This document shows, one piece after another, positions 43,901 to 50,809 of a stretch of 59,793 nt of DNA (position 1 is the first letter of the stretch; each line of letters starts with the position of its first letter). Both the position numbers and the translations under genes were made by a program. The notes under the pieces were generated by a model. It did not search any database and had not been told where the DNA came from. It was given only the letters and a program-made list of their open reading frames with translations. Source of the DNA: an uncultured Gammaproteobacteria bacterium (GTDB lineage: Bacteria; Patescibacteriota; Patescibacteriia; UBA9934); NCBI GenBank assembly GCA_964414795.1, contig CAYPWV010000006.1, forward strand, positions 1-59,793, written 5' to 3'.

Positions 43901-46676
43901 CCTTCAGCGTAAACGTATCTGCAGCACTATCGCCATCACCCACATACTGGGTAAGACCAGAATCTGTATCCATGGTTAAGCTCACCGTTTCAGAACCGCG
44001 AAGGCGGAAAGTGTCATTATTTGAATATGTTCCTGTTACGGTAAGTCCATTCCCGGCAAGGGAAAAAATACCGGTGGTTATAGTCAAATTTCCATCAAGC
44101 GTCTCCGTTGCGCCCATCGAAAAGACACTCGAGGCAGCTCCTGCAATAACCAGATGATGATAATTATCGGTAAAATTCGCAATGGTATAGGCAGATGATG
44201 TGCCATCATACGTTACCGTGCTACCGCTTTGCAGATCGGGATAGGTGGCGCTGTCTGCTGTAATCGTTTCCCCTCCTTGCAACTGAAGATTTCCCCCAGA
44301 CTCAACGGTAATTGTTTCGGTACCAGCTCCTGTCACCGTAAGCGCAAAGCCGCTCAAGTCGAACGTTCCTTCTTGAATTGTTAAATCTTGACCGGAGGCA
44401 TCCATCACTAATGCGCTCAGTAAATCTACTTCACCCGCCGCCTTATTCACGGTAATGTCTGCATTGAAACCTCCTGTTATACCCGTGAGATCAAACGCCT
44501 GTGTAGCCGTTCCCGAAAAGTAAAGCGTACCCGTTCCCCCATCAAAAAGCGTTCCAACCGTCACATTTCCTCTCGCATCAAGGGTTCCTGTGGCAGGTTT
44601 TGTGGTTTGACTCACTAATCCATCAGTAAGTGTAAGGGTATTTGTGACAATAAATGAATCGCTGTTAGCTATGGTTTTTGTGGTTCCTCCCGTTGCACCA
44701 AACGTTAAGTTATAAAACGTTTCCGAGGTACTTACATCAATGGTAATAGAGCCACCGTCGAAGGTAACCAAACCGCTACTCGCAGTAAATGTTCCGCCTG
44801 CCGTATGGGTGAATGTACTTGCGATGGTCGTGGTTCCGGAAGTTGTAGTAAACGTTCCGCCGGAAAGTGACCAGGTGTTATTGAAATCTGAAGTTCCTGA
44901 TCCGCCAGAGAACGTTCCCCCTGTTTGACTAAAAGCACCGGAAAAACTAGTTGTTCCGCTTGAGGCGTTATAGATAGCAGTGCTGGAAATTGTACCTGTA
45001 CTGCTGCTCACTGAACCACTTCCTCCAGAAAAAGTTCCTGAGCTCTGTGCGAAAGTGGTGGTTGTTAAACTAGATTCTCCCTGGGTAAACGTTCCACTGG
45101 AAGCTATTGCAAATGTTGTTGTGTTTAAACTAAAGGTACTCATGTTCCAAGATCCACCATTCAGATCAAACGTGTTATTAAGTGTAACGTTTGAAAGTTG
45201 CGTAACAGTTCCCCCTGTTTTGTTAACGTTTACTTTTAACTGAAGGGTTGTTGTTCCGGTAATTGTTTGATTGCCCGATCCGGCAAATAACAGCGTTGTA
45301 GTACTTGCACCTGTATCCCAAGAAGATCCAATACTTACAGCAGTTGTATCGGCTTGGCCCGTCCTACCAACCTGAACTGTCTCACCACTCAATGCCCCGT
45401 TATCTAACGCTAACGTATTTATAACGATAAGAGTATCTCCAGCAGAAAGAGTTTTGGTACTTAAACTGGGAACATCAAAAGTTAAATTATAAAAAGTTTC
45501 ACTCGTTGTGACATTAATTGTGGTATTGCCACCGACAAACTTAAAGGTTCCATTATTATGTGCAAACGTTCCCCCAGCGGTATGAGTAAGATTGGTAACC
45601 GTTAAGGTATCTGAAGTTGAAGTAAATGTTCCACCGGAAAGGGTGTAGGTGCTACTCAGAGTAATAGCACCACTTCCGCCCGCAAACGTTCCCGAGCTTT
45701 GCGAAAAAGTGGAAGCAGTTATCGTTGATGCTCCTTGGGTAAACGTTCCGCTCGATGCCATGGTAAACGTTGTCGTGCTCAGGCTGAAAGAACTCATGTT
45801 CCATGAGGAAGCGCTGTTCATGGCAAACGTATTGTTAAGCGTAACGTTTGAAAGTTGCGTAACGGTTCCTGCGGATTTATTTACATTCACAATCATCTGC
45901 ACCGTTGCAGACGCAGTGATTGTTTGATCGCTTCCACCACCAAACAAAAGCGTGGTAGTACTCGCACCTGTATCCCAAGCTGCACCGACAGTTACCGTTC
46001 CATCCGCTTCAACCGTTCCACCTGATAATGCGCCGTTGGTAAACGTAACCGCATTCGTAGCAAGAAACGTGTCACCTGCAGTAATCGTATTGGTAACAGT
46101 GTCGGTTATACTAAATACTAAATTGTAAAATGTTTCCGTTGTGGCAACATCATATATTCTCGTTGCTGTGCCACTAAACGTAACAGTAGCAGTGCCTCCA
46201 TTAAACGTTCCCCCTGCAGTATGCGTCCATGGGCCCGTGTTCGTCATGCTCGGCGTGCCGCTTGAAGCAAGAGTGAATGTTCCGCTTGCTTGCGTATAGC
46301 CAGTTGTACGCAAGGCAACTACCGCGGCGCTGTTTGTCTGTGTAATGATCCCCGTATAGCCATTAATGTTAATTCCTGCAACATCAATGGATGCGGTAAT
46401 GTTGGCGTCTTTATTTCCCGTAACCGCAAACGCACCATCAAACGTCGCCACGTCAGCCGTTCCTGGAGCAACACCACCACTCCAGTTGGCACCGCAAGAC
46501 CACTTATTCCCGTCTCCCGCCGCTCCTCCACACGTTGCATCTATTCCACCACCTGTCCACGTAATTGTTGCTGCAGAAGCGGGGTGCGCAAAGAAAAGAA
46601 ATCCTACAAAAAGAAAACTGAGAAGAAAAAAGGAAGGGCGCAAATGAAGGAAGAAGGAAAGCATGCAAGACATCAA
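40971..46676 (-). CDS. giant (1901-aa) secreted repetitive surface or adhesin-like protein
   Basis: It has a signal or anchor sequence (..FFAHPASAATITW), long Thr/Gly/Ser-rich beta-helix-like modules, four repeats of about 112 aa, an acidic linker and a distinct C-terminal domain. Confidence 0.85.
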   Translation of the reverse strand: MMSCMLSFFLHLRPSFFLLSFLFVGFLFFAHPASAATITWTGGGIDATCGGAAGDGNKWSCGANWSGGVAPGTADVATFDGAFAVTGNKDANITASIDVAGININGYTGIITQTNSAAVVALRTTGYTQASGTFTLASSGTPSMTNTGPWTHTAGGTFNGGTATVTFSGTATRIYDVATTETFYNLVFSITDTVTNTITAGDTFLATNAVTFTNGALSGGTVEADGTVTVGAAWDTGASTTTLLFGGGSDQTITASATVQMIVNVNKSAGTVTQLSNVTLNNTFAMNSASSWNMSSFSLSTTTFTMASSGTFTQGASTITASTFSQSSGTFAGGSGAITLSSTYTLSGGTFTSTSDTLTVTNLTHTAGGTFAHNNGTFKFVGGNTTINVTTSETFYNLTFDVPSLSTKTLSAGDTLIVINTLALDNGALSGETVQVGRTGQADTTAVSIGSSWDTGASTTTLLFAGSGNQTITGTTTLQLKVNVNKTGGTVTQLSNVTLNNTFDLNGGSWNMSTFSLNTTTFAIASSGTFTQGESSLTTTTFAQSSGTFSGGSGSVSSSTGTISSTAIYNASSGTTSFSGAFSQTGGTFSGGSGTSDFNNTWSLSGGTFTTTSGTTTIASTFTHTAGGTFTASSGLVTFDGGSITIDVSTSETFYNLTFGATGGTTKTIANSDSFIVTNTLTLTDGLVSQTTKPATGTLDARGNVTVGTLFDGGTGTLYFSGTATQAFDLTGITGGFNADITVNKAAGEVDLLSALVMDASGQDLTIQEGTFDLSGFALTVTGAGTETITVESGGNLQLQGGETITADSATYPDLQSGSTVTYDGTSSAYTIANFTDNYHHLVIAGAASSVFSMGATETLDGNLTITTGIFSLAGNGLTVTGTYSNNDTFRLRGSETVSLTMDTDSGLTQYVGDGDSAADTFTLKDFGSTDYYNLSIPSVDTADIYQSAGAKVIAGTFTISLGAYDANGQTTTSTGLVTVSGGTYTASTATQTFNAGLTVSGGTYTGSSGTADVNGTFTLSSGVFTAPTSLTVSASFTHSSGTFTHNSGTVTLDGTSQTISGATTFNNFTKTVSSAATLTFPASVTQTFVGTLTLQGASGQRLSLRSSITDTQASIDPQGSRSVQYLDVKDNLNANVTAVSCSTDCVSSGNNTNWTIGTPGITVSAISGNTTEAAVTATFTIVLDTQPSADVTIGLSSSDTTEGTIAVSSVVFTNGNWSTPQTVTVTGVNDDLDDGDIAYSIVTAAATSPDGDYNTLNASNVSVTNTDNDTSGFTVGTISGNTTEGLVTATFTIVLTAQPTADVSLGISSNDTTEGTIAVSTLTFTSGNWSSAQTVTVTGVNDDVDDGDIAYSIVTAAATSVDSNYNTLNASDVSVTNTDNDTAGVTVSAIFGNTTEAGATATFTVVLNTQPTGNVEVDSAESDATEGSVTGGSILTFTTVNWATPQTVTVTGQDDDVDDGNIAYTILVTIDAIDTADAVYDAINPSDVSVANTDNDTAAFVVAESSGTTRINEGSTGNTDTFTVVLASQPTSNVVFSVTSSDTTSATVDSATLTFTSGNWSTPQTVTVSSVSDANSTSETPIITISIVDASSDDTFDALSDQTVSVAVTDDDGGRRDDDPVPPLVYLLSPVSSATYDVGEVVSFYWDASTSIENLALQARVHRTTSWRTLFETEELTGTYDWTVPARYEDTVLDVRIIGYAIADGSSVKDSQDSLLRINAEADDTAEETDDEEDIDDETDTDIEDELGTCAFETGSYIKLDWLSTVYYVDEGCARRPFVNGTAYFTYEDNWSPVEVVTVEDFSTSHLGLLMPPKPETVLVKIESTPEVYAVETSDDDSTIATLRWVPTEEIAQTLFGTDWDLSVIDVSSAFFIRFGFGSSLTTTYTGNTDLYTREDLANR
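41850..43195 (-). repeat. four tandem repeats of about 335 nt (about 112 aa, Calx-beta/cadherin-like) within the giant gene
   Basis: The recurring unit reads ..SGNTTE..ATFT(I/V)VL..QP(T/S)..V......SD(T/A)TEG......(L/V)TFT.GNWS(T/S).QTVTVTGVNDD(L/V)DDGDIAYSI..NTDNDT. Boundaries are approximate. Confidence 0.7.
43290..46230 (-). repeat. tandem beta-helix-like modules (about 200 aa) within the giant gene
   Basis: Landmarks recur three or more times: THTAGGTF.., SETFYNLTF, DTGASTTTLLF, VNVNK.GGTVTQLSNVTLNNTF. Boundaries are approximate. Confidence 0.6.
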
Positions 46677-46719
46677 AAATCTTTGTCTATGATATCATTT
46701 TTCCTTCTTTTTTTAGAGC

Positions 46720-48126
46720 TCACTTATCCCCATTTTTTGCACGAATCATCCCACTCTTTTTTCGCTGAAGAAGACGATGGTACGAACCGGCAAAACGATG
46801 CGCTTCATCTCGTGCACGTTGCAACACTTCTTTGTATTCATGTGCAATACGAAGCACGTCGGGTTGCGCAACAACGCTCACTAACCGATCCTGTTTTCGA
46901 TCAAAACCCTTTGCAATTCCAATAACCGGCACGTGTACACCAAAAGTATCAACCACTTTTTGCACCCTATGTACCTGCCCTTCTCCCCCATCAATAACAA
47001 ACAAATCCGGCAACGGCCACGCAAGCGGCTGGCGTTGCGCCCGAGTTAACCGACGACGAATCACCTCTTCCATCGACGCAACATCATCTCCTCCTTGTGC
47101 GGTTTTAATACGAAACCGTCGATACAACTCCTTGGCAGAACGCCCGCCTTTAAATACCACCATACTTGCAACGGCCGCAGATCCACTAATATGCGCAATA
47201 TCGTACGCCTCAATACGTCCCATAATATTTGCCCCTCCCACGCCTTGCACACGAGAAAAAGGAAGTGTCGGCACATCGTCCTCACGCATAATAAGCGCCA
47301 CATCGTTCATATGCTCAAGCGCCTGCACCTTATTGCGATAGCTTGCGGCGTCTTCAAAGTGCTCGTTGCGTGCCGCAGTTTTCATCTTTCTCTGCAATTC
47401 ATGCAAAACGCTTGTTTTCTTTCCTTCAAAAAAGCGCATGAGTTGCGCAATATTCCGCCGATACGCACGAACAGAAATGGCGCCCGTGCACACGCCCGGA
47501 CACTTTTTTATCTGCGCATCAAAACACGGCTTGCCATCCCTATGCCCTTTGCGAAAACCAAACGATCGCTGACCCGTAAACAACTCAAGAGGGAAAGAAG
47601 ATCCTCCCGGCGGCGCACAAACCGACCACGGCATAATGGGACGAAGCAAATCGAGCGCAAGTTTAATAGCACGACCATTGGTATACGGACCAAACACCGC
47701 TAAAAAATACCGTTTCGCCTTATCAGATAACGTACGAGAAAACGGCTGAATACCCAAACGTTCCAAATCCCTTCCCCGTAACAACAGCGGCCGAGGATAG
47801 ACCTCATTGGTTACACAAAAATACAAAAAACTCTTATCATCTTTCTCCAAAATATTGTACGGGGGTTGATGAACACGAATTTGATTCGCCTCCAAAACAA
47901 GCGCCTCAATGACCGTAGGCGTTTCAATATAGTCGATACGTGCGATGCTCCGCACCAAGGCCTCAATGCGTGCATCATGGGCTTTCGTAAAATACGATCC
48001 CACCCGCTTTTTTAAACTCGTCGCCTTGCCGATATACAGCAACTTCCCTTCCCCATCATAATAAAAATACACCCCCGGATTTTCGGGCAATTCGTTGTTT
48101 TTGATGACGATGTGCGAAGGGATCAT
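46720..48126 (-). CDS. uvrC: excinuclease ABC subunit C, short form lacking the C-terminal (HhH)2 domain
   Basis: GIY-YIG domain (VYFYYDGEGKLLYIGKATSLKKRV), UVR domain (FEDAASYRNKVQALE) and the DEAHRFA motif. The ORF ends about 20 aa after DEAHRFA. Confidence 0.85.
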   Translation of the reverse strand: MIPSHIVIKNNELPENPGVYFYYDGEGKLLYIGKATSLKKRVGSYFTKAHDARIEALVRSIARIDYIETPTVIEALVLEANQIRVHQPPYNILEKDDKSFLYFCVTNEVYPRPLLLRGRDLERLGIQPFSRTLSDKAKRYFLAVFGPYTNGRAIKLALDLLRPIMPWSVCAPPGGSSFPLELFTGQRSFGFRKGHRDGKPCFDAQIKKCPGVCTGAISVRAYRRNIAQLMRFFEGKKTSVLHELQRKMKTAARNEHFEDAASYRNKVQALEHMNDVALIMREDDVPTLPFSRVQGVGGANIMGRIEAYDIAHISGSAAVASMVVFKGGRSAKELYRRFRIKTAQGGDDVASMEEVIRRRLTRAQRQPLAWPLPDLFVIDGGEGQVHRVQKVVDTFGVHVPVIGIAKGFDRKQDRLVSVVAQPDVLRIAHEYKEVLQRARDEAHRFAGSYHRLLQRKKSGMIRAKNGDK

Positions 48127-48701
48127 ACAGCGAAGGCATCTTGCAACCAGTTTACCGGATTGTGCTGGATGTAGGAACGGATACGATCTAATTCACCAAT
48201 GTCACGAATGATACGTTCGTGAAACGATCTGTGCCAACAAAAATATCCTGATGCAACTGTTTTATTTATTTCACGTGATGAAAATGTTTTAAATCCCCGA
48301 ATAATTTCGGTCAACGGATGATTTTTGATATGAATCGTATCCGCGTTCGCATTTGTAGGGGCGGGTTGCAAGTCCGTGGCTGTAGGGGCGGGTTTTAAAC
48401 CCGCCCGTACGACCGCGTTCGTATATGCGTTATGCGAATCAAGAATTCGTATAATACCGTGAACGTGATTGGGCATGATAATAAATTCGTCCAGCGCAAT
48501 ATTTCCATAATGATTCGGTAAATCGAACCAAACCCGAGACACAATATCCCCCATTGCATTCAGAATCATTTTTCCATCCACCACCTCACCAAACATGTGT
48601 TCCCGGCGCGATACACACATCGTCACAAAATAAAGCCCCGGACGTGAATAATCATATCCAGGTAAACGCAACTGATCACGACCAAGAAATGTAATAGCCA
48701 T
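48123..48701 (-). CDS. REP-associated tyrosine transposase (RAYT)-like HUH/Y1 protein
   Basis: HUH motif IMPNHVHGII and a C-terminal WHRSFHERIIRD block. Its stop overlaps the uvrC start (ATGA). It contains family-3 hairpin copies translated as RAGLKPAPT. Confidence 0.7.
   Translation of the reverse strand: MAITFLGRDQLRLPGYDYSRPGLYFVTMCVSRREHMFGEVVDGKMILNAMGDIVSRVWFDLPNHYGNIALDEFIIMPNHVHGIIRILDSHNAYTNAVVRAGLKPAPTATDLQPAPTNANADTIHIKNHPLTEIIRGFKTFSSREINKTVASGYFCWHRSFHERIIRDIGELDRIRSYIQHNPVNWLQDAFAV
48355..48410. repeat. one degenerate plus one intact family-3 REP-like hairpin inside the RAYT-like CDS
   Basis: GTAGGGGCGGGTTGCAAGTCCGTGGC followed by TGTAGGGGCGGGTTTTAAACCCGCCCGTAC. Confidence 0.85.
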
Positions 48702-48741
48702 TTTCCCACATTACCATATTTTCATTCTCAAATAATTCCCC

Positions 48742-48786
48742 AAAAAGAAAAGGGCGAAGTGTGCAGCCAACCTGCATCACCCGCCC
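48742..48786 (-). terminator. intrinsic terminator of the 643-aa G+C-rich gene
   Basis: GGGCGGGTGATGCAG-GTTGG-CTGCACACTTCGCCC followed by TTTTCTTTTT on the minus strand. Confidence 0.65.
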
Positions 48787-48807
48787 CACGCCGATCTCTC
48801 CCGTCCC

Positions 48808-50739
48808 CTACGGCTTCTTCTCGAGCAACTTCTGGAGTTCGGTCTGTCTTGCTTGAAGCTTTTGTGCTTCCTGCAAGAGCAGCTCGACCTGAGACTGGAT
48901 ACTTCCCAGTTCCTCTACAGCAGCCGCCCGCGCAGCCTCAGCAGCCGCTCGTGCTTCCTCCTCCGCTGCCCGCCGCGCCTTCTCCGCCTCGATCAGGACG
49001 AGCTGATCTTGGTGAAGCGCCTCAGACGCACCGAGCTTACGGAAGTCCTCGGTAAGATCCCGTTGCCGCTCCTCGAGCTCCGCACGCCACCTTCTGTTTA
49101 TTTCGCCATGATAGTCGTCTTTGCGCTCGAACCTAACGAATTCCTCGGCAGACATGCCCTGCAGCACGTCGGCGGGGATGACGATCTCCCACTCGTCCTC
49201 ACCAGCGTCCGCGGGCGCGACCGTCACCGGAACCGGAGTAGTCGGAACCGACTGCAGCACCGCGAGCGGCACCACCAGCGATCCCGAAGCGTCAGCAGCA
49301 GGAATCTTCTCTTTCTCTTCGCCGGTCGCGGGCGGAGCGGCGTTGCCTCCGGTCTTCTTGTCATCGGCCTTCTTGACCTTGTCCTTCGCCTCCGCCGGGT
49401 CCGTACCCCCGGCGTGAGCGGGGTCAGGCTGCGCTTCGCCTTTGCCGCGCCGACGACGCGTCGGAGCAGATGCTTCAGAACGAGGAGGGCTCTTCACATG
49501 CACGCCCGACCCGTCCACTACGATGGTCTGGGCTTCAAACCCAGGCAGTGCAACGAGTGCGAACTTGCTGTTGACGGCCGGAACCGCCACAAGAATTCCA
49601 CGCCCACCGTACCGATCACCATCCTGGCGCTCGTCTGCGCTCCGAAACCCGCACATTACAATCTGAGCGGATACGGGTTTCATTGTTGCACCTTCGGGCA
49701 TACATGCCTCAATGATGCGACGCACCTCCTCGCCGACAAAACGCCCCTTCTCATCCAAAGGGAAACGCTCGCCCGAATTCTGCAGATTGACTGCCAGCCC
49801 CGCATAGGCCGGAGCAGTTACCCACGTTTCCCGCTTGCGAATGATCCGCACGGCGATGCGCGAAGGAGGAATGAGAAATTCGTAGGTGTTCTTCCCCTTA
49901 TCCTTACCGCTCTTCACTTCGATGAGCGTGATGACCCCCGCCTGAGTAAGACGGGTCAACGTTGAGCAAACCACCTCCTCCGTCACCGGATGCCGAGCGA
50001 TCGCGTTGATGGTCGCAACGAAATCGTCGAGAGACCCCTGAACTCTCGTTCGATCAACAGCAGCATGTCCACGAATGGGAAAAACGGGCTCCAAATCGGC
50101 CCGCAGGAGTTCCCATGCTTCAAACTCCCCCTCTTCCATGAAGGCGATCCAGACCGGGGGCTCGGACCCTTCGGGCCCGAAGGTCTTGACCTCGCCGATG
50201 CCCTTGGGAAGGGCGACCACGTCAACGCCGAGATCTTGCGCCGCCGGAGCAGACGTCGCGGACGACACTTCCGTCGCAACCGCAGCCGATTGCGGAGCCG
50301 CCTGCGCTACCGGGCTTGGTGGCAGCAGGCGAACGGTTGCTGCTACTGCCGATGAGGAAGATGCAGAACTTACTGTTGCCGGCGCGGGCTTTGATGATGG
50401 CATGGGACGCTCTTGACGAAGTTGTTGAGGGAGAGAGCTTGAGCGGGAATCGTTCTGCCGGCGGGGAGCCGGAGGGTTGACGAGAGAATACGCGGTCCCG
50501 TCTCTCAGAAGAAAATTTTCTGAGACGAGATAACGAAGACAGTCGTCGGCTGCTCCGATCTCCTTGGTATCCCTGCCTCCCGCGCCCTGGATCACGGACT
50601 GTAGGCGAGCTTTTTCCACCGGACCGTCCGCAAGCTCCTTCCCCAGAGCCCTTCTGATAGCGCCCTCTCCCGTGGGACGCTTCGAATGGCTGAATCGAGA
50701 GTTCTTAGGGGAGGAACCTTGTGTACCGTTGTCTAGCAT
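48808..50739 (-). CDS. hypothetical G+C-rich protein with winged-helix-like segments, low-complexity linkers and a C-terminal coiled coil
   Basis: AAGGAGG lies 5 nt before the ATG at 50739, and the gene has its own terminator. A wing-like segment reads ..TLTRLTQAGVITLIEVKSGKDKGKNTYEF. There are Ala/Ser/Pro-rich linkers and an EAEKARRAAEEEARAAAEAARAAA.. coiled coil. Confidence 0.7.
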   Translation of the reverse strand: MLDNGTQGSSPKNSRFSHSKRPTGEGAIRRALGKELADGPVEKARLQSVIQGAGGRDTKEIGAADDCLRYLVSENFLLRDGTAYSLVNPPAPRRQNDSRSSSLPQQLRQERPMPSSKPAPATVSSASSSSAVAATVRLLPPSPVAQAAPQSAAVATEVSSATSAPAAQDLGVDVVALPKGIGEVKTFGPEGSEPPVWIAFMEEGEFEAWELLRADLEPVFPIRGHAAVDRTRVQGSLDDFVATINAIARHPVTEEVVCSTLTRLTQAGVITLIEVKSGKDKGKNTYEFLIPPSRIAVRIIRKRETWVTAPAYAGLAVNLQNSGERFPLDEKGRFVGEEVRRIIEACMPEGATMKPVSAQIVMCGFRSADERQDGDRYGGRGILVAVPAVNSKFALVALPGFEAQTIVVDGSGVHVKSPPRSEASAPTRRRRGKGEAQPDPAHAGGTDPAEAKDKVKKADDKKTGGNAAPPATGEEKEKIPAADASGSLVVPLAVLQSVPTTPVPVTVAPADAGEDEWEIVIPADVLQGMSAEEFVRFERKDDYHGEINRRWRAELEERQRDLTEDFRKLGASEALHQDQLVLIEAEKARRAAEEEARAAAEAARAAAVEELGSIQSQVELLLQEAQKLQARQTELQKLLEKKP

Positions 50740-50809
50740 CGTAACCTCCTTTGCATGCAGTCTCAGCGGGAATCGCCAAGCTCAGCATGACGGCGAAGTA
50801 TAACAAAAT

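Noticed and set aside
40971-46676. Diversity-generating retroelement target hypothesis for the giant protein.
   Set aside because: No reverse transcriptase gene and no template-repeat/variable-repeat pair with adenine-specific mismatches is visible in the window.
48853-49965. 370-aa plus-strand ORF antisense to the 643-aa gene. The same consideration applies to 5468-6007 (minus), antisense to the 235-aa gene.
   Set aside because: They have the Arg-rich, low-complexity composition typical of shadow frames in G+C-rich DNA and no SD. The opposite frames have strong SDs and terminators.
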